Both the position numbers and the translations under genes were made by a program. Source: Limisphaerales bacterium (GTDB lineage: Bacteria; Verrucomicrobiota; Verrucomicrobiia; Limisphaerales; JAJOIW01). Taken from it: 64,000 nucleotides of DNA. Shown piece after piece: positions 18,945 to 30,193 of the stretch (the first letter of the stretch is position 1; each line of letters opens with the position of its first letter). Below the pieces are notes generated by a model, which was not told where the DNA came from, did not search any database, and saw only the letters and a program-made list of their open reading frames with translations. The stretch is from NCBI GenBank assembly GCA_965657355.1, contig CBFHOE010000003.1, positions 309,520 through 373,519 of the forward strand. The letters run 5' to 3'.

Positions 18945-20078
18945 ATGAGTGATACTAATGAAAAAAAGACAGTAGAAAACGATCCCAATAGTGAGGATCC
19001 AAAGGGCATTGGTAAACCGCAAAAATTTATGGGGAAATTGAGTTGGGGGATATTGGCTTTAGGTCTTGTTATCCTGGGTTTTGCTCTAAATTTGGTTGTT
19101 GGGAAGGGAGCCCCGATTTCTGAGTATCTGATTCTATTCGCCAAGCATTCAGTTTCATTAGTTGTTATCCCATTAGTTTTGAGTTATGTCGTTTGGGTCA
19201 GCACAAAATGCAATAAGACCCTATCAGGGATAGTTTACTATATTGCCTTTATTGCGACATTTGGTTGGATACTCGCCCAAGAGGTTTCGAGCCCACAAAA
19301 CTTTAAGACCTTTGGGAGTTTTGTTAAAAATAGATATGACCTTCAGAAGAAATATGACTTAGCAAAAAAGGAAAATAAAAAGACAGACGAGTTAGTTCAA
19401 AAAATATTTTTAGTAAACAGTAACTACCTCGCCCAAATGTCCAGCCAAAGTGATGGCGCGCAGAAAGAATTATTTCAAAACATACTTACCTTTACATCTT
19501 TAAAACACGAAAATTCAGCCAAATTATCTGAGCTGGAAAAGTCGATTTTCACTGATACCTTCGTAAATTACCCCGACCTTAGAGAGAACACTCAGGCACA
19601 AGAGAAAATTAAAATTATAAATGAATACCTAACGACTATTGAAAGTCTGCGGAGGAATAGCGAGGCATTCAAAGAGTTCTTTGGGGAGGATAAGAGTGAC
19701 GGAATATTGCTGAAGAGGATGGAATTGAGATTCTTATTTGAGAAAGTGATTCTTCCTCACGCCGATTCTGTTAATAAGCTTGAGACGTATTATTTATCCT
19801 GTGAGAATTTTGTGACTAATTTAAAAAAACTTATTCTTTGGACGTCGGAGAACACTGACCAATGGACATACGAAAGTGACGAAAGTGCGCAGCCGGCGAA
19901 AATAACAATTAAGTTAAATTCACCCGAGGCTGAAAATTTTTTCTCTGCATTGGTTAATGAGACAGAGCAGGGGTTAAAAGAGTTGAATGCCGCCACCCAA
20001 AGGATCATGAATCCATCTTCAGAAAATTCAAATCAATCTGGTGATGCAGAATCTAAAAAAGATAATCCTGCAGAATAG
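18945..20078 (+). CDS. Hypothetical membrane protein (3 TM + helical soluble domain)
   Basis: Long ORF with three N-terminal hydrophobic segments; family not recognised. Confidence 0.7.
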   Translation: MSDTNEKKTVENDPNSEDPKGIGKPQKFMGKLSWGILALGLVILGFALNLVVGKGAPISEYLILFAKHSVSLVVIPLVLSYVVWVSTKCNKTLSGIVYYIAFIATFGWILAQEVSSPQNFKTFGSFVKNRYDLQKKYDLAKKENKKTDELVQKIFLVNSNYLAQMSSQSDGAQKELFQNILTFTSLKHENSAKLSELEKSIFTDTFVNYPDLRENTQAQEKIKIINEYLTTIESLRRNSEAFKEFFGEDKSDGILLKRMELRFLFEKVILPHADSVNKLETYYLSCENFVTNLKKLILWTSENTDQWTYESDESAQPAKITIKLNSPEAENFFSALVNETEQGLKELNAATQRIMNPSSENSNQSGDAESKKDNPAE

Positions 20079-20125
20079 CTTTACTTATTTTCTTCATTTC
20101 TTTCTTTAATCTAAAATAATTTGTC

Positions 20126-22681
20126 ATGGGAAGTGTTCAAATGATAGCAATCCAAAAATGGTTTTCTCTGATAATGGGAATCGCTATTTTCTTTGCTAAG
20201 ACTGAGCTGCCCGGTGTTGATTACAATAAAGATGTTCGGCGTATTTTATCCGAAAATTGCTTTGAATGCCATGGCCCCGACAAAGGCGCGCGCAAAGCTA
20301 ATCTACGCTTGGACACCCAAAAAGGTGCCCACTTGTCTCGCGGTGGGATCAGGGCTATTGCTCCAGGTAATCTTTCTCAGTCTGCACTGTGGGAACGCAT
20401 AACAACATCAGACCCCGATGAGGTGATGCCCCCGCCTGAATCCAAGAAAATTATAAATATAAAACAAAAAGACATCCTTCGCCAGTGGATAGAAGATGGT
20501 GGCGAGTATGTCGATCATTGGGCATTTATACACCCTTCTGAAACTGATTTTAGTGCTCTTCATATCGACACCAGCGAACAAAACCCGATTGATATCCTGG
20601 TTGAGAGAAATCTAAAATCCATAGGTCTTGATTTTAGTGAGCAAGCGCAACCAGAAAAATTGGTCCGAAGGTTGCATATTGATTTGGTAGGCTTACCTCC
20701 AAGTATCTCGGAGGTTGAGGAATTTGTTCAGGGTATCAAGCGCGGGCGATTGGGGTTTTATCAGTCCTATGTGGACAAATTACTAAGATCATCAGGCTTC
20801 GGAGAAAAATGGGCAAGGCACTGGCTGGATTTGGCTCGTTATGCAGATTCCAATGGCTTCCAGGCCGACCAGCTCAGGGATTCTTGGGCTTATAGGGATT
20901 GGGTGATATCCGCTCTCAATTCAAACATGCCATACGATCGATTTACGATAGAACAGCTCGCTGGAGATTTACTTCCTCAAGCAACTTTGGAACAGAAGAT
21001 TGCAACCGGATTTCATCGCACAGTGACCTGCAACGTCGAAGCCGGTGTCCACGCGGAGAAAAATCGGGTGGATCAGGTATTTGATAGGGTGAATACGACG
21101 GCGACTGTGTGGTTGGGACTGACGCTTGAGTGTGCCCAATGTCACCACCATAAATACGATCCTATATCTACTGACGAATACTATTCTTTTTTTGCCTACT
21201 TCAATAATACTCCCCTTGAAGTTGAGCTTCCTTCCAGCGTTACCGACGTACAACACAACTTTATAGGTCCTTACCTGACTCTGCCCATGTCCAAAATTCG
21301 AAGCGAGCACAAAGATCAGCTTCGCATCCAAGCACTCACACTCCAAAAGGCTCTTGAGTCAAAAGAGGGCGATCCCCAAAAAGGCCTGCAGGCCTGGTTA
21401 AAGGAACAGCGATCAAAAGATAACGAAGAGCAGAATAAAGAATTACTTAAAATTTTATCTCAGCCCGAAACACAATGGACAGAAGGGCAGAGGAAAAAAA
21501 TTAAAGAAAAGTATTATCAATCGACTTCCGAACTCAAGGAGACGAAGCGTGAACTGGATGAGATAAATGATAGATATCACGCAATAAAACCCTATCAAAC
21601 ATTGGTAATGCAGGAATTGGATAAAAAAAGGATTACCAAGGTTATGAGGCGCGGAAATTACCAGGATACTTTGCACGAGGTATTACCAAACACATTAGGC
21701 TTACTTCATGACAAAAAACCAAAATACCCGGATAATAGGCTTGGACTAGCGCAATGGATTACAGACAAAGATAATCCGCTTACGGCGCGAGTAGCTGTGA
21801 ATAGGGTCTGGGCCGAAGTTTGGGGGGCGGGTATTGTGCGGACACTGGAAGATTTTGGTATGCAATCAGAGGCCCCTACTGATCCCATTTTGTTAGATTG
21901 GCTTGCAACCTACTTCATGGATAGTGGTTGGGATTTGAAAGCATTGCTAAAAGTAATATGCACCTCTCGTGCCTACAAACAGACATCGAGGATAAGTGGC
22001 CAACTGATGAAAGCTGACCCTGAAAATAAATACTTTAGCAGGGGCGCCCGTTACAGAATGGATGCGGAAAGAATACGTGACTCAATGTTAGCATCTAGTG
22101 GTCTGCTTTCACAAAAAATGTTTGGGCCCCCGGTGATGCCTTATCAGCCTACAGGCGTGTGGCGGGCAGTCGGACGAAATGCACCAGTATGGCGTGAGAT
22201 GAAAAATGAAGACCGCTGGAGAAAGGGAATTTATATCGTCTATAGAAGAGCAGCTCCTTATCCAAGCATGGTCAATTTTGATGCTCCGGATCGTTCTGCC
22301 TGCACTGTGTCACGACCACGAACTAATACACCCCTTCAAGCTCTGACTCTTATGAATGATCCTGCATATATAGAGATGGCTATTGGTCTAACTGATAGAG
22401 TCATTAGGGAAGCTGAGGGAGTGGATTTTGAAAGTAGATTGGAAATGTTATACATGCTGAGCCTTTCGCGGAAGCCAAATCCAAACGAGTTAGCCTACCT
22501 AAAGCAGGCGTATGAAAAGCATTTGAAAGATTTCCAAAAGAACACGGGCAGAGCAAAAAAACTGCTATCTCAAAAGTCGGTCTTTTATAAGCCTCATGTT
22601 CAAGACCCTGCGGAATTCGCGGCATGGTTTTTAATTTCAACAAGCATACTGAACCTTGACGAAACAGTGACCAGAGGATAA
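20126..22681 (+). CDS. PSCyt1-DUF1549-DUF1553 Planctomycete cytochrome c protein
   Basis: [43 protein letters not shown] and [12 protein letters not shown]. Confidence 0.92.
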   Translation: MGSVQMIAIQKWFSLIMGIAIFFAKTELPGVDYNKDVRRILSENCFECHGPDKGARKANLRLDTQKGAHLSRGGIRAIAPGNLSQSALWERITTSDPDEVMPPPESKKIINIKQKDILRQWIEDGGEYVDHWAFIHPSETDFSALHIDTSEQNPIDILVERNLKSIGLDFSEQAQPEKLVRRLHIDLVGLPPSISEVEEFVQGIKRGRLGFYQSYVDKLLRSSGFGEKWARHWLDLARYADSNGFQADQLRDSWAYRDWVISALNSNMPYDRFTIEQLAGDLLPQATLEQKIATGFHRTVTCNVEAGVHAEKNRVDQVFDRVNTTATVWLGLTLECAQCHHHKYDPISTDEYYSFFAYFNNTPLEVELPSSVTDVQHNFIGPYLTLPMSKIRSEHKDQLRIQALTLQKALESKEGDPQKGLQAWLKEQRSKDNEEQNKELLKILSQPETQWTEGQRKKIKEKYYQSTSELKETKRELDEINDRYHAIKPYQTLVMQELDKKRITKVMRRGNYQDTLHEVLPNTLGLLHDKKPKYPDNRLGLAQWITDKDNPLTARVAVNRVWAEVWGAGIVRTLEDFGMQSEAPTDPILLDWLATYFMDSGWDLKALLKVICTSRAYKQTSRISGQLMKADPENKYFSRGARYRMDAERIRDSMLASSGLLSQKMFGPPVMPYQPTGVWRAVGRNAPVWREMKNEDRWRKGIYIVYRRAAPYPSMVNFDAPDRSACTVSRPRTNTPLQALTLMNDPAYIEMAIGLTDRVIREAEGVDFESRLEMLYMLSLSRKPNPNELAYLKQAYEKHLKDFQKNTGRAKKLLSQKSVFYKPHVQDPAEFAAWFLISTSILNLDETVTRG

Positions 22682-22685
22682 CGGC

Positions 22686-24152
22686 ATGGATCAGAATCAA
22701 CAAAAATTGAGAGAGATTACCAGACGGCTATTTTTCCAAAAAGCAGGGTATGGCATAGGAGGAGCTGCTCTTCTTAACCTGCTTAACCAAGATGTCATGG
22801 GATCAGCTCAAAGCGGGCCGGTGGGTTTTAAAACCCAGGGATTGCCAAGTGGTCTTCATCACCGCCAAAAGGCTAAGAACGTTATATTTCTCCATATGGT
22901 TGGGGCTCCTAGTCATCTGGATCTATATGATTACAAACCCGAGCTTCAAAAAAGGACCGGCGAACTATGTCCCGATGAATTTTTTAAGGGGAAAAATTTA
23001 GCTTTTATTAGGCAGCAGCCAAATCTCATGGGAACACCGGATAAAGTAGATTTTCGGTTTTCTCCTTGTGGTGTGTCGGGGCAGATGATTTCGGATTTAT
23101 TACCTCATATTCAAGGCGTTGCGGATGAAATGTGCATGATCCGATCGTTGCATACCGAGCAGTTTAATCATGCCCCAGCACAGCTCTTTTCACTAACTGG
23201 ATTTTCAAGGTTTGGAAGGCCTAGTATTGGTTCATGGGTCAGTTATGGACTGGGGTCTGAGAATCGAAACCTGCCATCTTTTGTTGTATTGATCACAGGC
23301 TCTGTACTTGGTGCTGGGAATAGTGCCTGGGGCAGTGGTTTTTTACCAACAGTTCACCAGGGTGTTGAATTCAGAAGCAAAGGAGATCCCGTACTTTTTC
23401 TCTCCGACCCAGAGTCTTTTACTCGTAAGAATAGAAGAGATGTTGTCGATCACATCAATTACTTGAACCAAATGAATTTTGATTTGGTCAAGGATCCAGA
23501 AATAGAAACAAGGATCAGTCAATATGAACTTGCCTACAGAATGCAGACCTCAGTTCCTGAGCTGATGGACATCAGGTCAGAGTCAAAGGCCACTCATGAA
23601 ATGTACGGTACGTCTCCAGGGAAATCGAGTTTTGCCAATAATTGTCTTCTGGCTCGCAGGTTGGTTGAGAGGGGAGTGCGATTTGTGCAATTATTTGATC
23701 AAGGTTGGGACCACCACAATAACCTCTTCAATAATCTAAAGAACAAGGTGAGGTCTGTGGATAAACCCATAGCGGCTCTGATTAAAGACCTTAAGCAGCG
23801 GGGGATGCTCGATGATACGCTTGTGGTTTGGAATTCCGAATTTGGTAGGACTCCCATGGCTCAAACGACCTCCGGAACGGGGGTCATAAATAAAAATACT
23901 GGTCGAGACCATCATAAAGAAGCCTTTTCGGTTTGGATGGCTGGTGGTGGCATCAAGCCTGGCATTTCGTATGGAGCCACAGATGACCTCGGTTATTCCA
24001 TTGTTCAAGACCCGGTAACCACCTTTGATTATAATGCCACGATCCTGCACCAGCTTGGGGTCGATCACGAGAAGCTAACTTTTAAATACCAAGGCAGACA
24101 ATTCAGACTGACAGATGTACAGGGGAAACCAATCTTTCCTATCATTAGCTGA
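22686..24152 (+). CDS. DUF1501 family Tat-exported protein
   Basis: TRRLFF signal, [40 protein letters not shown] and RLTDV; usual partner of DUF1553. Confidence 0.92.
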   Translation: MDQNQQKLREITRRLFFQKAGYGIGGAALLNLLNQDVMGSAQSGPVGFKTQGLPSGLHHRQKAKNVIFLHMVGAPSHLDLYDYKPELQKRTGELCPDEFFKGKNLAFIRQQPNLMGTPDKVDFRFSPCGVSGQMISDLLPHIQGVADEMCMIRSLHTEQFNHAPAQLFSLTGFSRFGRPSIGSWVSYGLGSENRNLPSFVVLITGSVLGAGNSAWGSGFLPTVHQGVEFRSKGDPVLFLSDPESFTRKNRRDVVDHINYLNQMNFDLVKDPEIETRISQYELAYRMQTSVPELMDIRSESKATHEMYGTSPGKSSFANNCLLARRLVERGVRFVQLFDQGWDHHNNLFNNLKNKVRSVDKPIAALIKDLKQRGMLDDTLVVWNSEFGRTPMAQTTSGTGVINKNTGRDHHKEAFSVWMAGGGIKPGISYGATDDLGYSIVQDPVTTFDYNATILHQLGVDHEKLTFKYQGRQFRLTDVQGKPIFPIIS

Positions 24153-24271
24153 GGTGACATCAAATAACTTATCTTTTTTTATCCATATAAATGGCGTCAA
24201 TAGACTGGAATTTTTAACGTTATTGGATATGGGATTGCGACATCCTCCTATTGGATTCATTCTACGTATCA

Positions 24272-25078
24272 ATGGAACTCAAAGATTGGAAACTTGAAGG
24301 AAAGACTGCATTTGTTTCAGGGGGAACCCAAGGTATAGGTGCTGCGTGTGTGGAGAGCTTAGCCATGATGGGGGCTGAAGTTTTTCTGGCGGCACGCGAC
24401 AAAGATAGATTAGATCGCAAGTTACACGAGTGGAAGAGTAAAGGCTTGCAGGTGGATGGAATTGCATGCGATATGTCCTCTCCAGAGAAAGTTGGCCCCG
24501 TTGTTGAAGCGCTAAACTCCAAATGGGGATCATTGGACATCCTCATAAACAATGTTGGAGGTAACAGGCGAAAGGAATCTTCAGAATATACTATTCAAGA
24601 ATATCAAATGTTAATGGATTGGAACCTGGGGGCTTCTTTTGAGATTTCCAGAAAACTGCATCCCATGTTAAAAGCTTCTGGCGATGGAAGGATTATCACT
24701 GTTGCTTCTGTAGCTGGAATGACTCACATTCGGAGTGGGGTTGTTTATGCTATGGCAAAAGCGGCATTGATTCAGATGACCAAGAATTTCTGTGTTGAAT
24801 GGGCTCGGGATGGCATCAAGGTCAACGCCGTTAGTCCCTGGTATACGAGAACTCCACTAGTTCGGTTTTCTATTGAAGATCCTGTGAGATATAAAGGAAT
24901 TATCGAGCGGACTCCACTCGGAAGATTTGGCGAAGCGGACGAGGTGGCCTCTGCGGTAACATTTCTCGCACTGCCGGCGTCTCGATTTATTACCGGGCAA
25001 TGTTTGGCCGTCGATGGTGGTTTTATGGCCTTTGGATTTGATCCGACCGTAGCTGAAAACCCTCCTGTTGATAGCTAG
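24272..25078 (+). CDS. SDR oxidoreductase, tropinone-reductase-like
   Basis: SGGTQGIG, LINNVG, YAMAK and EWARDGIKVNAVSPW. Confidence 0.88.
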   Translation: MELKDWKLEGKTAFVSGGTQGIGAACVESLAMMGAEVFLAARDKDRLDRKLHEWKSKGLQVDGIACDMSSPEKVGPVVEALNSKWGSLDILINNVGGNRRKESSEYTIQEYQMLMDWNLGASFEISRKLHPMLKASGDGRIITVASVAGMTHIRSGVVYAMAKAALIQMTKNFCVEWARDGIKVNAVSPWYTRTPLVRFSIEDPVRYKGIIERTPLGRFGEADEVASAVTFLALPASRFITGQCLAVDGGFMAFGFDPTVAENPPVDS

Positions 25079-25085
25079 TATAGTC

Positions 25086-25322
25086 ATGAAAAAACTTAGC
25101 AAATATTCAAAGTATCTTTATCTAATAGCTACTGGGACAACATTGGTGGGTCTTTTATTGTGGCAATTATACTTTCAACCGGATCTGGATGCGCCAAGTG
25201 AGGCTGAGATCAATAATGCAGAGGCTATTAAGAGCTGGATGGATGGCGAGAGAGCCAAAAAGTCGGCCCTTCAAAAGACCAATCAGTCCTCGCCTCAGCC
25301 TTTTCTGCCGGGCTCGGAATAA
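25086..25322 (+). CDS. Small single-TM hypothetical protein
   Basis: Basic N-terminus and one hydrophobic helix; fits the gap after the SDR gene. Confidence 0.5.
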   Translation: MKKLSKYSKYLYLIATGTTLVGLLLWQLYFQPDLDAPSEAEINNAEAIKSWMDGERAKKSALQKTNQSSPQPFLPGSE

Positions 25323-25365
25323 GTTGGAAGACATTCATCTTATCCAAAATTATAGTGAGACCTGT

Positions 25366-25395
25366 TTGACACAGCTACTTTTTTAGCGTTATTTC
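25366..25395 (+). promoter_or_regulatory. Possible sigma70 promoter for asd
   Basis: Perfect TTGACA at 25366 with a weak -10 (TTATTT/TATTTC) 17-18 nt downstream, just before the asd ATG. Confidence 0.35.
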
Positions 25396-25411
25396 TGGAT
25401 GGATTAGAATT

Positions 25412-26422
25412 ATGAATTCAGAACCAGTCATTGCGATTGCCGGAGCCACCGGTGCTGTTGGCCAAGAAATGTTGGAAGTCCTCCAGAATAGGGATTTCCC
25501 GGTTAAGGACATTAAATTATTAGCATCTGCCCGTTCCAAGGGAAAAAAATTAAACTTCAAAGGCAATGAGATCGAAGTTGGAGAGTTGAAAGAGGGGGCT
25601 TTTGAAGGTGTGGATATAGCGCTTTTCAGCGCCGGAGGTGGAACGTCGAAGGCTTTTGCCGCAGATGCGACAAAAGCTGGGGCGGTGGTTATAGATAATT
25701 CAAGTGCTTTCAGAATGGATGAGGATGTTCCGTTAGTCATACCTGAAATAAATTCTGAAGATCTCAAGAATCACAAGGGCATCATAGCTAATCCGAACTG
25801 TTCCACTATTGTCACCCTCATGGCCCTGGCGCCCTTGCACAGGGCTTTTGGATTGAAAAGGTTGGTAGCCTCCACATACCAAGCTGTTTCCGGGACTGGG
25901 GCTATGGCCATTAAGGAATTAGAGGATCAAGTCCAGCAGTTGACTGCGGGGCATGAAGTCAAGCCCGAGGTTTATCCGCACCAGATAGCCTTCAACCTAC
26001 TTCCTCACGTCGATGCGTTTCTAGACTCTGGATATACCAAAGAGGAGATGAAAATGGAGAATGAAGGCCGGAAGATTCTTCATCACTCAAAATTAAAAAT
26101 AAGTTGTACATGCGTTCGGGTTCCTGTATATCGTGCTCACTCAATTTCAGTTGCTGCTGAATTTGAAAACCCAGTTTCAGTAAAAGGAGCGCAAGAGGCT
26201 ATCTCGGCTGCTGAGGGAGTCCAAATGAAAGATGACCCCGCAGCGAATATCTACCCAATGCCCCTTGATATTGCCGGGGAATACGATTGCTTTGTTGGGC
26301 GACTCAGGAAGGATTGTGCCTTTGAAAATGGGCTGAGTTTCTGGGTTGTCGGTGATCAGCTTCTGAAGGGAGCAGCTCTAAATGCGGTGCAAATAGCTGA
26401 AAAGTTGGTTGAAATTACATAA
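25412..26422 (+). CDS. asd: Aspartate-semialdehyde dehydrogenase
   Basis: GATGAVG, IDNSSAFRM, IIANPNCST, TYQAVSG.G, CVRVPV and GDQLLKGAALNAVQIAE. Confidence 0.97.
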   Translation: MNSEPVIAIAGATGAVGQEMLEVLQNRDFPVKDIKLLASARSKGKKLNFKGNEIEVGELKEGAFEGVDIALFSAGGGTSKAFAADATKAGAVVIDNSSAFRMDEDVPLVIPEINSEDLKNHKGIIANPNCSTIVTLMALAPLHRAFGLKRLVASTYQAVSGTGAMAIKELEDQVQQLTAGHEVKPEVYPHQIAFNLLPHVDAFLDSGYTKEEMKMENEGRKILHHSKLKISCTCVRVPVYRAHSISVAAEFENPVSVKGAQEAISAAEGVQMKDDPAANIYPMPLDIAGEYDCFVGRLRKDCAFENGLSFWVVGDQLLKGAALNAVQIAEKLVEIT

Positions 26423-26479
26423 ATTCATTTCGATATTTGACCAAGCCGGGTGAGATAAATTACCTTCATAGTTATAAAT

Positions 26480-28072
26480 ATGAAGGTAGTCGTCTGCGAC
26501 AAAGTATCTGATAGGGGAGTCGAAGTCTTTCGACAGCAAGAAGGTTTTGAGGCAATAGTTCTGGATCGTAAGCATTCAGAAGATGAAATGGTGGAAATAT
26601 GTAAGGACGTATCTGCCATTGTTGTTCGATCTGAAACAAAGATCACAAAAAAAATTCTTGATAATGCGCCTGCACTCAAAGTTGTTGGTCGGGCTGGCGT
26701 AGGCGTTGATAATGTAGATGTTTCTGAGGCGACAAGGCGGGGTGTCGTCGTGATGAATACACCCAGCGGGAATACCATCTCAACATGCGAGTTGACATGC
26801 TCTATGATGTTGGCCTTGGCTCGCAATATCCCTCAAGCCCACGCCTCCATGAAATCAGGGAAATGGGATAGAAAAGCCTTCAAAGGAAATGAGGTCTATA
26901 AAAAAACTTTGGGAATCGTAGGGCTCGGCAGAATTGGTGCCGAAGTCAGTCAACGTGCTTTGGCGTTTGGAATGAGAGTTCTTGCATACGATCCCTATCT
27001 ATCGAGACCTAGGGCGGAGCAGCTTGGGGTTGAGTTGAAGGAACAATTGGATGATTTACTCGCAGAAAGTGATTATATCACTGTCCACATGCCCAAAACA
27101 CCTGAAACATCGGGCATGATAAATAAGGCGTCCTTCAATAAAATGAAAGATGGGGTCAAGATTCTCAATTGTGCTCGAGGTGGAATCATTGTTGAAGATG
27201 ACTTGGTTGAGGCGATCAAGAGCGGAAAGGTAGCTGGAGCTGCACTCGATGTTTACGAATCTGAGCCAGTAGCAGAGGAACATCCATTCCGGTCCATGCC
27301 GCAGGTCATCATGACTCCCCATTTAGGTGCGAGTACGGCAGAGGCTCAGGAAAATGTTGGAATAGAGGTGGCTGAAGCCATTGTTGACTTTCTCAAAAAT
27401 GGTGAAGTTCGCAACGCCGTAAACCTTCCAAATCTGGATGCAAAGACTTTTGCTCGAGTTGAACCATATTTAAAATTGGCTGAAAAATTAGGAAAATTAG
27501 TTGGTCAACTTTCAGAAAAGAGGAATGACAAATTGGTCATTACTTATGGAGGTAAGGTAACCGATGTTCCTTGTGACCCAGTTACGAGGTCTGTTCTCAA
27601 AGGGTTTTTAGAAGAGGCTGGTGGTGAAGGAATCAATGAAATCAATGTGCGCACATTGGCTGACTCCTTGGGCTTAAAAGTTGAAGAAATCAAATCGACT
27701 GAAAAGACCGATTTTACCGAGTGGGTGCATGTCGCTGCCATATCCGGAGACCAAAAAGTATCTGCTGGGGGGACTATATTCGGGACTCGGCATGATCCTC
27801 GAATTGTCCGAATTCATAGTAGAACAGTGGAAATCGTTCCCGAAGGAACTCTTTTGTTTTATTTGAACGAAGATAAACCTGGTATTGTCGGAAATTTAGG
27901 TTCTATTTTGGGCCGACATAATGTGAACATCGCGAGTATGACTGTTAGCCGCAAATCTATTGGAGGAGATGCCTTGTCAGTGGCAAGCTTAGATTCAGTG
28001 CCTCCAGCGGAAGCCATTGCTGAAATCGAAAGCGATCCGTCCATCACACGTGTTCAAATCGTCAATCTATAG
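26480..28072 (+). CDS. serA: D-3-phosphoglycerate dehydrogenase (with ASB and ACT domains)
   Basis: GRAGVGVDNVD, GLGRIG, NCARGG, TPHLGAST.EAQ and C-terminal DKPGIVG...NIA.M. Confidence 0.95.
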   Translation: MKVVVCDKVSDRGVEVFRQQEGFEAIVLDRKHSEDEMVEICKDVSAIVVRSETKITKKILDNAPALKVVGRAGVGVDNVDVSEATRRGVVVMNTPSGNTISTCELTCSMMLALARNIPQAHASMKSGKWDRKAFKGNEVYKKTLGIVGLGRIGAEVSQRALAFGMRVLAYDPYLSRPRAEQLGVELKEQLDDLLAESDYITVHMPKTPETSGMINKASFNKMKDGVKILNCARGGIIVEDDLVEAIKSGKVAGAALDVYESEPVAEEHPFRSMPQVIMTPHLGASTAEAQENVGIEVAEAIVDFLKNGEVRNAVNLPNLDAKTFARVEPYLKLAEKLGKLVGQLSEKRNDKLVITYGGKVTDVPCDPVTRSVLKGFLEEAGGEGINEINVRTLADSLGLKVEEIKSTEKTDFTEWVHVAAISGDQKVSAGGTIFGTRHDPRIVRIHSRTVEIVPEGTLLFYLNEDKPGIVGNLGSILGRHNVNIASMTVSRKSIGGDALSVASLDSVPPAEAIAEIESDPSITRVQIVNL

Positions 28073-28096
28073 GTGCTATTCGATTAAGAGAGCAAT

Positions 28097-29158
28097 ATGA
28101 AAAATATATTTTTTAGAAATGAAACTAATTTGCGCCGTGGTCTTTACATTGTCGCCACATCGTTTTGCATGACCCTTTTGAGCGTCGTTGCCCACTCACA
28201 AGAGACACCGGCACCAGCAAAGCAACCCCTATTCGAAAACCCTGTCGTGGCTCAAGGAGAGGACTTCAAAATCTATAAAAATGAATTAGAGGAAGAATAT
28301 ATTATATACAAAAACGAGACGGAACGGAATGGACGCATCAAGCTGAATAAAAATCTTAAACACGTCTACGAAAAAAATCTTTTAAAACGGATAGTTTTTT
28401 CAAAATTACTTCAAAGTAAGTCTACTGAAGAGGAAAAAAAGTCGGCAAAAGATCTTACAAACCAGATTATTCAGCAAAATTTGAGTTCTGATATCAAAAA
28501 ACAGTCCTTCAAGGCACAGATTCTAGCACTTGGCCTCACAGAGGAAAAATATATTAGAAAACTTGAGGAAAGAAAATTAGCGGACACAGTTTTGTTTCGC
28601 CTTATGGACTCCATGATCAAAGTTGGTGCCACAGAAGTCAAAGCCTACTATGATTCTAATCCGTCATTATTTGAAGTCCCTACGCAATACAAAGTAGCCC
28701 ACATCATGTTGTCAACTCGCATGCCTGCGAGCAGCGAGAGTATTTCCTTTGCTGATATGGTTAAGAAAAAAGGAGAGGCAGAATCGATAGCAGAAGAGGC
28801 TAAAAAAGAGGGGGCCGATTTTGAGGCTTTGGTCTCAAAGTATTCTGAGGATCCACGCACGAAATCTCGTGGAGGTGTTTATGAGTTTGTGGCTGGATCA
28901 CTGGACCCGGATTTTGAAAAAGTTGCCATGCAAATGGTTCCCGGGCAGATAAGTGATCCTGTTAAATCAAAATACGGTTTTCACATAATAAAATTTATTG
29001 AGATGAAACCATCCAAGATGGAGCCATTGGAGGGTAAATTGGCGGAGGATATTACAAACCACTTGAAGTCCCAAAAATTACAAAAGAATCTTCAAGCCTT
29101 TCAAGATAAACTCATTGCCGAGAGTGATGTGGAGTTCCTCCTATCTTCAGAGAAGTAA
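28097..29158 (+). CDS. PpiC/parvulin-type peptidyl-prolyl isomerase (PrsA/SurA-like)
   Basis: Signal peptide; VAHIML...F..L...YSED......GG....FE.VA......ISDPVKSKYGFHII. Confidence 0.88.
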   Translation: MKNIFFRNETNLRRGLYIVATSFCMTLLSVVAHSQETPAPAKQPLFENPVVAQGEDFKIYKNELEEEYIIYKNETERNGRIKLNKNLKHVYEKNLLKRIVFSKLLQSKSTEEEKKSAKDLTNQIIQQNLSSDIKKQSFKAQILALGLTEEKYIRKLEERKLADTVLFRLMDSMIKVGATEVKAYYDSNPSLFEVPTQYKVAHIMLSTRMPASSESISFADMVKKKGEAESIAEEAKKEGADFEALVSKYSEDPRTKSRGGVYEFVAGSLDPDFEKVAMQMVPGQISDPVKSKYGFHIIKFIEMKPSKMEPLEGKLAEDITNHLKSQKLQKNLQAFQDKLIAESDVEFLLSSEK

Positions 29159-29206
29159 GTGCTTTAACTCAGATCTGAAGATTTTTTTGAAGACTCTTTT
29201 TGGGAT

Positions 29207-30193
29207 TCAAAGCTTCGAAATCCTATGCACCTCAACTTCTGGGATCTCACTCAAAAGGCGATTCATTTGAGCTTCATCAAGAATGTGCGCCAGTGTGGCC
29301 AGTCCATCTGCGAGGGCGCATGAGTGAGCGATTACTGTAATGGATTCGTATTGTATTTCTATAGGGGAACCCGTTTTTGGATTTAAGATGTGAGAATAAA
29401 CTTTCTCGCCAATTTTAAAGTTTTTCTGATTATGTCCGCTGGTTGCCAGGCACTGATTTATAAGTTGGTATTTTTTATTACGGCCTCTCATTGGGTGCGA
29501 TGAATCGGGGGATACAATCCCAACAGTCCAATATTCATTATTTATTTTTTTTCCTCTCGCAGCTACTTCTCCTCCAACGTTGATGATGTAATTATTGATT
29601 TTGTTTTTACTGAGGTAGTTTGAGACCAGGTCTACGGCAAACCCTTTTGCTATTGATGACAAATTGAGTTGTAGTTCCTTTTGAGTTTTTAAAACCGACT
29701 TTTCATCGGTGTTTATGGCCAATTTGTGATAGCCAACTTTTGCCAGCGCACGTTTGATGAGCGGCTCATCAGGTATGACGTTTCCTTTTTTCGTACCAAA
29801 GCCCCAAAGGTCAATGAGCGGACTAAGGGTAGGATCTATTAATCCATCAGATTTTTCGGCAAGGTCAATGGCAAGCTTTAAAAGTTCGAATGCGTAATCA
29901 GGTGCTGCAACTGGTATGCCTGAAGGGGAGCTGTTAAATTTGTTAATCCAGCTATCAGGATTCCAGTTTGATACCTGGGCATCTAGTCGTGCAAAAATAC
30001 CTTGGATTTCCGATTTGAGTGATTCTTCCTCTGTGTAATGCTTTGCCCAATAGGTGATAGTGAAAAACGTTCCCATCGTATCCCCATGTATGTGCTTTAG
30101 CGAAGGTGGGGGGTGACAGGATAGAAGCGGAGCCAATGAGACGAGTAGGACAAGCGTCTTAAGGCCTTTGAATTCTGATAAGAACTTTTTCAA
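29207..30193 (-). CDS. apbE: FAD:protein FMN transferase (lipoprotein)
   Basis: G.TMGT, DPT..PL..LWGF, L.LSSIAKGFAVD, GGE, ATSG, HILNPKTG and ADGLAT. A TTG start at 30193 gives lipobox LSC (start inferred). Confidence 0.9.
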   Translation of the reverse strand: MKKFLSEFKGLKTLVLLVSLAPLLSCHPPPSLKHIHGDTMGTFFTITYWAKHYTEEESLKSEIQGIFARLDAQVSNWNPDSWINKFNSSPSGIPVAAPDYAFELLKLAIDLAEKSDGLIDPTLSPLIDLWGFGTKKGNVIPDEPLIKRALAKVGYHKLAINTDEKSVLKTQKELQLNLSSIAKGFAVDLVSNYLSKNKINNYIINVGGEVAARGKKINNEYWTVGIVSPDSSHPMRGRNKKYQLINQCLATSGHNQKNFKIGEKVYSHILNPKTGSPIEIQYESITVIAHSCALADGLATLAHILDEAQMNRLLSEIPEVEVHRISKL